From sequence record OQ790161.1: a DNA stretch of 64,000 nt; one strand, 5' to 3'. Within the stretch, counting starts at the first letter, position 1. Every line of letters starts with the position of its first letter. Positions 8,365 through 17,403 of this stretch are shown here, piece after piece. The notes below the pieces were generated by a model. It was not told the DNA's origin. It saw only the letters and a program-made list of their open reading frames with translations, and ran no database searches. A program made the position numbers and the translations under genes.

Positions 8365-10320
8365 ATGCAACGCTACCATGCGCGTGACTTGGCTCTGATG
8401 CCAAAGAACCTGCTCTGGGAACTCCCGGAAGAAGACCTCACCATCATCTTTGACGACGGGGAGGTGGTGAGCAATCAACCCACCGCCATCTTCTCCGCCT
8501 ACATGTGGGGGCTGTACGCACAGCTCCCGCATACCCCCGCCGTCAAGGCGCACTTCATTGCAGACGCCCGTCTGTCCACCGATACCCACCTGAAGTTGAT
8601 CAACCGTGTTATGTGGGCAGCTTACGATGCCTACAGTGCAATGGGTGAGGAGTTGAACATCGAGCAGCTGTCCAAGCGGGCACTGATGGCGGTGAACGAC
8701 TACTACAACGACCTGACGGAAGGGACCGAAGAGTACGCCACCACCCTGAGCATGCTGGACATCATGGAAGTGATGGCACATCCGGAGATCATGGATGTTA
8801 ACCAGAACGTCTCCAGCTCGGACAAGTCCATCGTCCATGCTCATCGCACGATCGAACGGATCCTCAAAGATCCCAACCAACTGACCACAAATATCCTGGC
8901 GCGCTCGGTGCGCTCAGGACTGGTGAAGCTGGGGCAGGTGTTGCAGTGTATCGGACCGCGTGGTTCGGTAACGGACATCGACTCCAACATCTTCCCTTAC
9001 CCGACGCTGTCGGGCTTTGCCGGTGGTCTGTACCGCTTCCACGACAGCTTCATCGAGTCGCGCACGGCGGCCAAGTCGCTGACCTTCACCGAAAAGCCGC
9101 TGCAGGATACGGAGTACTTCAACCGTCGCTTGCAGTTGTTGGCAGCTTCCATCCGTGACATCTACGATGGCGACTGCGGCACCACCGAGTACCTGAGCTG
9201 GCACATGTCAGCGGGTGACTTGGCAGCTTTCGCCGGCAAGTACTATCTGCTGGAAGATGGCAATGGGGCACTGGGGATCATCGATGACAACGAGTACTGC
9301 CGCAAGAACCTGGTCGGACGGACGCTGAAGATCCGCTCGGTCTTGTACTGTGACTCGCCGGATGCAGGGTACGTATGTGCCACCTGTTATGGCGAGATGC
9401 AGCGCTCGATTCCCTACGGGACCAACATCGGTCACGTGGCGGCGACCTCGGTGTGTAAGCAGGCCTCCCAGCAGGTGCTGTCGGTCAAGCACTTGGATAC
9501 CTCGGCTAGCTCCGGCGGTCTGCGACTGTCGGACTACGAGCAGCGCTACGTGCGCTTGGGCAACGATCCGAACCTGATGTTCCTGGCACATCGCCTGGAC
9601 GGGGCCAAGGTCATGCTCTACGTGCGCGGTGATGAAGCCCAACGACTGTCGGAAGTGAAGTCGGTGGAGAACATCGAAGTGCTGCTGCCCACGCACATCA
9701 GCTCGCTCTCGCAAGTGGGTTTCAAGGTGCAGTCCAAGAACAAGGAAGAAGCAGATCTGGTGCAGGTGTCCAACGGTAGCCGTACCTCCTCGCTGTCGCG
9801 AGAGATGCTGGCCTATCTGCGGGCGCACTCCTGGAAGCTGACCCCGGAAGGGGACATCGAGATCGACCTGACGCATTGGGACGTGGATCACCCGCTGTTC
9901 TCTACGCCGCGCCGGCAGGAGAACATGCTCGATTACATGGCCACGATCGAGAAGTTCCTCAAGGCGGTCAAGCGTGGTGGTGCGGTCAAGTCCCTCAAGG
10001 ATTACGACACCGCTGCCGATGCACTGCGTGGGTTCTACGAACTGGTGAGCTCTCGCCTGTTTGTGAACATCATCCATCAGGAGATTCTGGTGAAGGTGTG
10101 CATGGTGCGCTCTTCTCGTCACCGCGATTACCGGGTGCCGCTGCGGGGCAATCAGCTGGAGTTCGGCAAGTTCGACTTCAACATCTTCAACCGTTCCATG
10201 GGCCCGGCAATGGCCTACCAGAACCACAAGCAGCAGTGGAACAACCCTGCAACGTATCTGACCATGAAGCGTCCGCCGCATCCGCTGGATCAGATTCTGT
10301 TGCCCCGTCCGCAGAAGTAA
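8365..10320 (+). CDS. Non-virion RNA polymerase beta' subunit, C-terminal part (phiKZ gp74-like)
   Basis: QCIGPRGSVTD, YFNRRLQL, DCGT, Zn-site C..PD.GYVCATCYG, and SQQVLSVKH (trigger-loop-like). Confidence 0.9.
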   Translation: MQRYHARDLALMPKNLLWELPEEDLTIIFDDGEVVSNQPTAIFSAYMWGLYAQLPHTPAVKAHFIADARLSTDTHLKLINRVMWAAYDAYSAMGEELNIEQLSKRALMAVNDYYNDLTEGTEEYATTLSMLDIMEVMAHPEIMDVNQNVSSSDKSIVHAHRTIERILKDPNQLTTNILARSVRSGLVKLGQVLQCIGPRGSVTDIDSNIFPYPTLSGFAGGLYRFHDSFIESRTAAKSLTFTEKPLQDTEYFNRRLQLLAASIRDIYDGDCGTTEYLSWHMSAGDLAAFAGKYYLLEDGNGALGIIDDNEYCRKNLVGRTLKIRSVLYCDSPDAGYVCATCYGEMQRSIPYGTNIGHVAATSVCKQASQQVLSVKHLDTSASSGGLRLSDYEQRYVRLGNDPNLMFLAHRLDGAKVMLYVRGDEAQRLSEVKSVENIEVLLPTHISSLSQVGFKVQSKNKEEADLVQVSNGSRTSSLSREMLAYLRAHSWKLTPEGDIEIDLTHWDVDHPLFSTPRRQENMLDYMATIEKFLKAVKRGGAVKSLKDYDTAADALRGFYELVSSRLFVNIIHQEILVKVCMVRSSRHRDYRVPLRGNQLEFGKFDFNIFNRSMGPAMAYQNHKQQWNNPATYLTMKRPPHPLDQILLPRPQK

Positions 10321-10340
10321 TCGACCCCGAGGAAATCGCT

Positions 10341-10535
10341 ATGAACAAAGAAGAACGCAAGCAGCGCGTCCTGAACACCGTGCAGGAACTCTCCGGCATT
10401 CCGATGGAACGGTTCCAGGTTCTGTGGAGTCGGGAAGAGCAGCCCACGCAGGAAGAAACGGCGAAGTTGGCCGATGCGCTGTTGTCCCTCCAGGACAGCA
10501 ACTTCGAGCAGATCCTCACCGATGCACCGCAATAA
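10341..10535 (+). CDS. Hypothetical protein (64 aa)
   Basis: ATG 10341 with GAGG RBS; followed by a hairpin. Confidence 0.65.
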   Translation: MNKEERKQRVLNTVQELSGIPMERFQVLWSREEQPTQEETAKLADALLSLQDSNFEQILTDAPQ

Positions 10536-10555
10536 GTGAAATGATGTGACAGTAC

Positions 10556-10579
10556 GGCGGCGGGGTAACTCCCGCCGCC
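10556..10579 (+). terminator. GC hairpin
   Basis: ggcggcggg-gtaact-cccgccgcc. Confidence 0.55.
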
Positions 10580-10613
10580 TCTACTGAGTGTATTTTCATT
10601 TGGAGAATTAGCA

Positions 10614-13253
10614 ATGTCGGCGATTTCTGCGGAGCATGCTCCACCGTCGAATGGGTTCACCGCCGACGACATCATCAAAGCCGTACTGGCTCCACGTGCC
10701 CGACTTGATGTCTGGTCACATGGTGTTCGGATCAGTCACTTCGGGGCTGAAGTCCGCAGCTTGATGATTGAGCTGTGTCGGTTGGAATGGGGCGAATTCG
10801 GTACTGTCCGAGTGGATCGCTTCCGCTCGGAGAAACGCATCAAGCGCGTGTATGTGGGAACCACCAAAGATCGGTCGGCCTTCCACTTCCACCGCAATCA
10901 GCTGGACTTTGTCCTGAACCGTCTGATGAAGATTGGTATCGGTCCTGAGAAACTGGCCATTACCTACCATGAGATGTACGAACCGGTCAAGGTTAAGCAT
11001 CCTCTTCACGATGAGCGACCGCCTCGCGAAAAGCAGGTACCGATCATCAGCTACATCAATGCCCCCTGCGATGCCCGGTACGCCCCGTCCAAGGTGGTGA
11101 CCCTGCAAACCGGTGGTGGTAAAGCGACGACGTTGGATACCCAGATCAAGATTCCTGGTGGCTGGACCACCATGGGCGAGATCAAGCTGGGTGACACCGT
11201 GACAGCCAAAGACGGCACACCGACCCAGGTGACCGGAGTTTATCCTCAGGGTAAACTACAGGTTTATCGAGTTACGTTTGGCGATGGACGTAGTGTGGAG
11301 GTGTGCGGCGAACACCTCTGGAAGGTGTATTATGTCAACACACAACCCCATAAGCGCTGGCGTGTGGTCAATACACTGGAAGTCTTGCGTCTGATCTCCA
11401 TGCCGAACCCTCGCGTCTATGTCGATCTCGTCGATCCAGAGGTGGGTGTCGACATCAATCTGCCGATCGACCCCTATGTGTTGGGCGCATTGATTGGCGA
11501 TGGACATCTAGGTAACGGTAGTGTCTCCATCACCAATCCGGACCCCTTCATCATCGACCAACTCACCGCCGCCCTACCCGACATGAAAGTCGAATTGGCA
11601 AGTCGTATCCAGTATTACATTCGCCCGGCCGTAAAGGGCGCAGGTAACTGGGTGATGAAGAGACTCATCGATCTAGGCCTTTATGGAAAGCTGGCTAATC
11701 GAAAGTTCATTCCTGAAGTCTATTTCCAAGCTTCTGCTGAACAGAAGTGGGCGCTCCTTCAGGGACTGATGGACACTGACGGTTACGTGGACACCAAGAG
11801 TACCACGACCTACACCACTGTGAGTCCGGAGCTGGCGGCCAACGTCCAGTACTTGGTGCGAGAGCTGGGTGGTATAGCCTCCATCACTGAGAAGAAGACC
11901 CAGTACACCTACCTGGGTAAAAAGCTTGATGGACAACTGGCGTACAACATCCACATCCGGATGAAAACTCCCAGTAAGATGTTCCGTCTGCCTCGTAAGA
12001 AGGAGCGCGCCAACGACGATCATCAGTATTGTAAGGACCTGAAGTTGCGTGTTGTGAGTGTTGAGCCTACGGAGGTAAAGCCGGCTCAGTGTATCTCGGT
12101 CGACCATCCCGATCGACTGTTCGTGGTGAATGATTTCATTGTCACGCACAACACCTTCCTATCGTTGACGGCTATCCGTAACGAGCAGGTCCGTGTGGCC
12201 ATCATCCTCAAGGGCATGTACGTCGACAAATGGATCGGCGACATCGAAGGGGCCTACGGCGCTGAGAAGGGCGCCTTGATGGTCATCCGTGGTATCCCGC
12301 AGCTGCGCGCTGCGTTGGAGATGGCCCGACTGGGTGCGCTCAAAGCGCGCGTGATCGTGTTCTCGCAAAAGACCATGTTCATGTACCTGCAGTACTACGA
12401 AAAGCACGGTGTGGATGAGTTCATCTCCGTGTCCCCGATGGATCTGTACAAGCATCTGGGGGTAGGCCTGCGACTGATCGACGAAGTCCACCAAGAGTTC
12501 CACTGCAACTTCCGTCAAGACCTGTACACGCATATCCCCAAGACCCTGTCCCTGTCTGCCACCTTGGAGCCAGATCAGAAGTTCATTGAGGACATGTACC
12601 GTATCGTCTGGCCGGTGGGTACGTGGGCTCCGGAGATGGAGTACGATCGGTTCATCGCCGTCAAGGCGTTGTGGTACCGCATCTCTGAACCGGGTCGCTT
12701 GCGCTGGCTGAACTTCCTGCGCCAGTACAACCACACCGAATACGAGAAGTCCATCTTCAAGCGCCCTCAGGTGCTGGAGAACTACACGGACATGATCCTC
12801 GACATCGTCGAACGGGCCTTCATGGAAAAGAAGGAGAAAGGCCAGAAGATGATGATCTTCGTGGCGACCGTCCAGATGGCGACCTTGCTGGCAGACATGC
12901 TGGCAACCAAGTATCCCAAAGAGCTGGTGAACCGTTACGTCTCTGAAGACGAATACGAAGATCTGGTGGCAGCGGATATTTCAGTGACGACCCTGCAATC
13001 TGCCGGCACTGCGGTAGACGTACCGAACCTGCGCATTACCCTTATGACGACCGCCTTGAGTAGCAAGCAGTCCAACATCCAGGTGTTGGGTCGCACGCGA
13101 CGCTTGATAGGCTGGCCTGACGTGACGCCTGAGTTCTACTTCTTGAGTGCACGGGACATCGACAAACATGTCCAGTACACCAAGGAGAAGAAAGTCAAGC
13201 TCGAGGGTAAGGTTCTTTCGTTCCAGGAACTGGGGACGAACTACGTGATTTAA
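10614..13253 (+). CDS. SF2 DExH helicase (phiKZ gp75-like), intein-containing
   Basis: Walker A QTGGGK|T split by an intein; Walker B LIDEVH; motif III LSAT; motif VI QVLGRTRR. Confidence 0.9.
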   Translation: MSAISAEHAPPSNGFTADDIIKAVLAPRARLDVWSHGVRISHFGAEVRSLMIELCRLEWGEFGTVRVDRFRSEKRIKRVYVGTTKDRSAFHFHRNQLDFVLNRLMKIGIGPEKLAITYHEMYEPVKVKHPLHDERPPREKQVPIISYINAPCDARYAPSKVVTLQTGGGKATTLDTQIKIPGGWTTMGEIKLGDTVTAKDGTPTQVTGVYPQGKLQVYRVTFGDGRSVEVCGEHLWKVYYVNTQPHKRWRVVNTLEVLRLISMPNPRVYVDLVDPEVGVDINLPIDPYVLGALIGDGHLGNGSVSITNPDPFIIDQLTAALPDMKVELASRIQYYIRPAVKGAGNWVMKRLIDLGLYGKLANRKFIPEVYFQASAEQKWALLQGLMDTDGYVDTKSTTTYTTVSPELAANVQYLVRELGGIASITEKKTQYTYLGKKLDGQLAYNIHIRMKTPSKMFRLPRKKERANDDHQYCKDLKLRVVSVEPTEVKPAQCISVDHPDRLFVVNDFIVTHNTFLSLTAIRNEQVRVAIILKGMYVDKWIGDIEGAYGAEKGALMVIRGIPQLRAALEMARLGALKARVIVFSQKTMFMYLQYYEKHGVDEFISVSPMDLYKHLGVGLRLIDEVHQEFHCNFRQDLYTHIPKTLSLSATLEPDQKFIEDMYRIVWPVGTWAPEMEYDRFIAVKALWYRISEPGRLRWLNFLRQYNHTEYEKSIFKRPQVLENYTDMILDIVERAFMEKKEKGQKMMIFVATVQMATLLADMLATKYPKELVNRYVSEDEYEDLVAADISVTTLQSAGTAVDVPNLRITLMTTALSSKQSNIQVLGRTRRLIGWPDVTPEFYFLSARDIDKHVQYTKEKKVKLEGKVLSFQELGTNYVI
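11124..12152 (+). mobile_element. Class 3 intein (Ala1) with LAGLIDADG homing endonuclease, 343 aa
   Basis: N-term ATTLD; block B GRSVEVCGEHLW (Trp B12); block C LGALIGDG; block E LQGLMDTDG; block F PAQCISV (Cys F4); block G FIVTHN/T (Thr G5). Confidence 0.92.
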
Positions 13254-13263
13254 GGGGTTGGCT

Positions 13264-13899
13264 ATGTCGGACCAAGAGATGGCGATGGATCGTAGCTTTG
13301 TCTACGAGAACGCCGAGGCGAAGTGGGCGGCGGTCTTGGCCGTCGCCCCGGCCATGGGTAGGCTGCCGGATATGGTGGCCGGACACTACAACGGAGACTC
13401 CTTGACTGGAGAGATGACCGTTGAGGACTTGCAGGACCATGTCCGTAGCCGTGTCCAAACAGGCATCATGTTCGTCTTTGACCTGATCAAGGACAACGTC
13501 AACACGATGTTTGAGAACTTTGGCATTCACTTCGGTGAGGCCATCGATCTGCTCATGGACGACATTGAGGATGCGTTGACGTCAGATGAAAACGCGATCC
13601 AAAATTACACGCCTGAGGAAGTATGTGGCAGGCTCTACGCCTACGTGGCCATGCATGTCTACTGCCGGGACCGCGACAACCGTGAGTCCAAGTCCGAAGC
13701 GTGGGACCTGATCGATGAACGGACCGGGTTCTACACGGACATGTCCTTGCTGGGCTGTGAGCATTTCCTGGCTAAGGTCCTCTCGTCTGTGAACATGGAT
13801 GAGGAGTTCTACAAGAGCACGCATGCATGGGCGATTGCGACCCTCCACACCACTGTCTTCCTGTTGGCCCCCAAGACCGAGCACACGACCGAGCACTAG
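13264..13899 (+). CDS. Hypothetical acidic protein
   Basis: ATG 13264 with AAGGGG RBS; 211 aa ORF. Confidence 0.7.
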   Translation: MSDQEMAMDRSFVYENAEAKWAAVLAVAPAMGRLPDMVAGHYNGDSLTGEMTVEDLQDHVRSRVQTGIMFVFDLIKDNVNTMFENFGIHFGEAIDLLMDDIEDALTSDENAIQNYTPEEVCGRLYAYVAMHVYCRDRDNRESKSEAWDLIDERTGFYTDMSLLGCEHFLAKVLSSVNMDEEFYKSTHAWAIATLHTTVFLLAPKTEHTTEH

Positions 13900-13912
13900 A
13901 GACAAGAGAACG

Positions 13913-14455
13913 ATGATGGAAACAAACGTATTGGCCACACCCGAGCAGGTAGTTGCCGCGCTGTCGCCCGGCCGACTCTACTGGAAAGAACTGCGTCGTA
14001 AGTGGGAAGCTGCTGAAGACTACGTGCAGGCCATCATCGACACTCCGCTGTTCCGTCATGTCTACCGTGAGCGCCATGGGCGCAGTCTGGAGGACATGAT
14101 CATGGACGTGCGCTCAGCCACCGGTCTGCTGACCAATCAGCTGATCACCGCTGAGGAGTTGGCGATGTTCGAGGCGCGTGGGTTGATCCCCTACGTCAGT
14201 CAAGGACTGGCTCTGGCCGCGCGCAGCATGCGCCCGCGCCTGAATGCGCTCAACCAAGGCGACTTCATCACCAACGTGCGCATTGCCTGTTTCTCCACCA
14301 TCTTGAAGTTGATCGGTGAGGACTTGTGCGAACCGCGTCAGGTCCTGACTGAATTGGTCGACCAGCTGGAGTTGGAACCGTCTCGCCGCATGTCCCTGTT
14401 GGCTGCCGCTGTAGCGTCGGCATCTGACAAGTCCCAACGCATTACCCTGCAATGA
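13913..14455 (+). CDS. Hypothetical protein
   Basis: Start reassigned to ATG 13913 (MMETNV), just after the previous stop. Confidence 0.7.
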   Translation: MMETNVLATPEQVVAALSPGRLYWKELRRKWEAAEDYVQAIIDTPLFRHVYRERHGRSLEDMIMDVRSATGLLTNQLITAEELAMFEARGLIPYVSQGLALAARSMRPRLNALNQGDFITNVRIACFSTILKLIGEDLCEPRQVLTELVDQLELEPSRRMSLLAAAVASASDKSQRITLQ

Positions 14456-14461
14456 CTTCAT

Positions 14462-14498
14462 CCGTCCTACGCCTTGGTCCGGCGTAGGACGGGTTTTT
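14462..14498 (+). terminator. Rho-independent terminator
   Basis: ccgtcctacgcc-ttggtcc-ggcgtaggacgg followed by a T-run. Confidence 0.75.
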
Positions 14499-14520
14499 GC
14501 CCGCTTAGAAAGGAGAGAGA

Positions 14521-15066
14521 ATGTCCGCCTCGTATGAAAGGAAAGCCTCCGAGAAACTCTTGGAGATGTTCGCCCTGTTCCCGCCGGTTCCGGAGGCCTG
14601 GGGTAACCGCGCAGTCACCACCCGCTTCCACGTGTTGAACTCGCTCAAAAGCTGTGTGCTGTTTAAGCAGACCGTGGATGAATCCTACCACGATCGCCCC
14701 AGTGAAGGCATCACGGCGTTCCCTGATGGCTTTAAGAGTGGCACGATCAACGCGGACGGTAGGGTGACTGAGGTCACTGATTTGTTCCACTGTCGTCTGA
14801 TCATGATGCACTACCACGGCGGCTGGTACATCACCGTGGTTGATGACGTCAATGCGCTCAAGCCGATCCCCAATCCAGCCGAATGGGCCAAGCGCATTGC
14901 CCGCCTGCAGGACGATCGGATGCGCGAGGACATGACGGTGGCGTTTGCCAACTTGATGTTGGGTATCACCCGGATCGAGGACCACTACGCCTACCTGAAT
15001 ATGGCGCACGATTGTCATTCCCGCCAGCACATCGGGTTCAAAGACAAGTCCATTCAATTTGCCTGA
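14521..15066 (+). CDS. Hypothetical protein
   Basis: AAGGAG RBS; 181 aa ORF. Confidence 0.7.
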   Translation: MSASYERKASEKLLEMFALFPPVPEAWGNRAVTTRFHVLNSLKSCVLFKQTVDESYHDRPSEGITAFPDGFKSGTINADGRVTEVTDLFHCRLIMMHYHGGWYITVVDDVNALKPIPNPAEWAKRIARLQDDRMREDMTVAFANLMLGITRIEDHYAYLNMAHDCHSRQHIGFKDKSIQFA

Positions 15067-15094
15067 GTCTAGGCCCGCAGGAAAACAAGGCACG

Positions 15095-15496
15095 ATGAAC
15101 AAGAAAAATACCTTGCCGCGGCTTCGTGAAACCGCACTACCCTTGGCTGTCTCATTGATTCGCAAAAGCACACTCCTCACCCAGGTACGTCCGGGTGTGG
15201 TAATGCGGCTGCGGATCGAGAACAAATTCAAGGCTGTCGTCCACTGGTTCTCCGAGGAAGGCGACGGAGAAGAGCTGCTCAAAGAGATGGTTGTCAAGGA
15301 ACGGCGACCGCCCTTGCACGATGAGCTGTTCATCGTCAAGAAGGCCAAGAACACCTTTGGCTATCTCTGGGCACGCTACAAACTGGGCAATGGCTATTAC
15401 CTGACGGAAATGCGCATTAGCGAAGGTGCTCACTTTGCGATGATGCTCTCGGCCAACCTGCGTCGCTTCAAGACGCGTGAGATCATGCTCGACTAG
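15095..15496 (+). CDS. Hypothetical basic protein
   Basis: ATG 15095 after an AAGG RBS. Confidence 0.65.
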   Translation: MNKKNTLPRLRETALPLAVSLIRKSTLLTQVRPGVVMRLRIENKFKAVVHWFSEEGDGEELLKEMVVKERRPPLHDELFIVKKAKNTFGYLWARYKLGNGYYLTEMRISEGAHFAMMLSANLRRFKTREIMLD

Positions 15497-15502
15497 ATCA
15501 CC

Positions 15503-15549
15503 GGCATAAGCCCCTCCCACTCCCGTCAGGGAGTGGGAGGGGTCATGTG
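15503..15549. terminator. Bidirectional hairpin, GGCATAAG family
   Basis: ggcataag-cccctcccactccc-gtca-gggagtgggagggg-tcatgtg between convergent genes. Confidence 0.75.
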
Positions 15550-15562
15550 CTGCCTATTTTTC

Positions 15563-17314
15563 TTAGGCAGCAACCAGCTCGTTGGCTGGAAGTTCACTAC
15601 TGAAGTGGTGGGCTTGCTTATCAAACTCTGCCAACAGTTGGGTGAAGCTGGGCGCTCCGTACACCTGCTGACAGATCTCTGCGGCGTTGACAAACCCGCC
15701 AGAGAGATTGACACCGACCGCACGTCGGTAGATCTCATGCACATCTTGGATGTAGCACAGTTCCTGAGCCGTGGTTTCCTTGGAGATGTTCATCAGGATT
15801 TCCACGTTCGGGTACGTACCTTCCACGTCCAAGTCGGCCACGTGTGCACGGACCTGACTACGTACGTTGGGCAAGTCTTCAAACAAGCACAAGCCGTTTT
15901 CTTCCACCAGATGCGAGGGCAACGTCACGATCCAGTCGGTGATGTCAATCACGTGCTGGTCGTTCTCATCGATCATCTTGTTGGAAGTGGCCGCACATAC
16001 GAGGTTGTTTTCCAAGGCCAGGAAGTGCAAGTCGTCACAGGTACGACGCGGCTGGCTGGGAAAACGCTTGTACTCGGAGTGGGCGCACATCAGAGAGATC
16101 ATCGACTGCAAGTCGGTGGTCTTCTCATCGAGCATCTCGACGGAAATACAGTCAAACAAGTTGTAGATGCAGTATTCGATCTTGTAGTGCATCTGCATGA
16201 ACTTGTGCCAGCTGGGGCCACTGAGGTGGTCAGCTTCCTTGAACTTGAGCTTGCGGATGCCCAGCTTCTTGTTCAAGATGGCGTCGAGGGAATAAGACGG
16301 TTCTTTACCGCCGGCGATACGCAGCTTCAGATAGACGCACATGGCATCCAGTGCATACCAGCTGGCTGGACAGATCACTTCGTGCCAACGCTCAGCCGGA
16401 GCCAGTGCCATCGTCTTGCCCGAGGCGGTGACCTTCTGCGAAGGACCCTGCTTGTACTCGAACTGACGGAAGGGCTGGGGGATAGCCGGATCGGAGAACA
16501 CGTTGGCCAGATTATAGCCGCGCTTCTCCATGGCTTGGATCATCTTCTGCATATCGAAGTCGATGTTCCAAAACGCCATAATGTCCGGGGACCACTCGTG
16601 GGCCGATTCGATCATCCGCTTGGCTGCAAGGCCGGCGTCATCGACGAACTCCACTTCCAACTTGATGCCGCGCTTGGTGATGATGTCACCGATAGACGAA
16701 TTGGGATCGCCTAAGTAATGCTTGAACTGCCGATGGATTTCCGCTTCCGGGTCATGGACCCCTTCGAGGAACTTCTTGACCACCACCAACCGCGCTCGAT
16801 CTTTCATCGTGATCGAGGCCATGATGATCTCTTCGTGCCCGTCGATCATGTCCGTTTCGGTATCGACCACCGCCACCATGTTGTCCGTTACCCGGTTGGG
16901 CCACTTGGTCAGGTAGTGATGTTTGGTCAACACACAGGAGTTGACGTCGGTGCCGTAGACGAAGGGAGACTGGGCCACCTGCCGCAAGTCCATCCGGCCT
17001 GCCGGGACACGTCCCAGCTTGCGCATGATGTCAGCGCACAGATTGATCTCTGTGGACTTGTGCATGACCAAGTTCTCTTGCTTCTCCCACTCTTTCTTGT
17101 CTTTGTGGTTGCGGTAGATTTCCTTGGTGATCCAGTACGGCCGTTCGTGGTTGTATACCTGACGCAGCCGTCCCACACGAGGACCGCCGTCTGCCGGGTA
17201 TTCGTATTCCTTGATCAGCAGTAGATCGTTGGGGCTCTCGTCAGTTGCCTTGAAGTAGAGCGCGTGCTTGCACTCAAACTCTTTCTTTGGAACAAGGAGT
17301 TGCTGTTCAGTCAT
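15563..17314 (-). CDS. Split family B DNA polymerase, 3'-5' exonuclease-containing subunit (phiKZ gp82-like)
   Basis: ExoI VVDTETD, ExoII WNIDFD, ExoIII YCIYNLFD, and PolB motif A-like DLDVEGTYP; lacks motifs B and C, consistent with a split enzyme. Confidence 0.85.
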   Translation of the reverse strand: MTEQQLLVPKKEFECKHALYFKATDESPNDLLLIKEYEYPADGGPRVGRLRQVYNHERPYWITKEIYRNHKDKKEWEKQENLVMHKSTEINLCADIMRKLGRVPAGRMDLRQVAQSPFVYGTDVNSCVLTKHHYLTKWPNRVTDNMVAVVDTETDMIDGHEEIIMASITMKDRARLVVVKKFLEGVHDPEAEIHRQFKHYLGDPNSSIGDIITKRGIKLEVEFVDDAGLAAKRMIESAHEWSPDIMAFWNIDFDMQKMIQAMEKRGYNLANVFSDPAIPQPFRQFEYKQGPSQKVTASGKTMALAPAERWHEVICPASWYALDAMCVYLKLRIAGGKEPSYSLDAILNKKLGIRKLKFKEADHLSGPSWHKFMQMHYKIEYCIYNLFDCISVEMLDEKTTDLQSMISLMCAHSEYKRFPSQPRRTCDDLHFLALENNLVCAATSNKMIDENDQHVIDITDWIVTLPSHLVEENGLCLFEDLPNVRSQVRAHVADLDVEGTYPNVEILMNISKETTAQELCYIQDVHEIYRRAVGVNLSGGFVNAAEICQQVYGAPSFTQLLAEFDKQAHHFSSELPANELVAA

Positions 17315-17403
17315 TGCTTCGATTTCCGCTTTTTACCCTGCCGGTATAGTATTGATATGAACCATATCTTTTCACTTTTCCTTTCACTTTGGGACTCTGA
17401 GAC

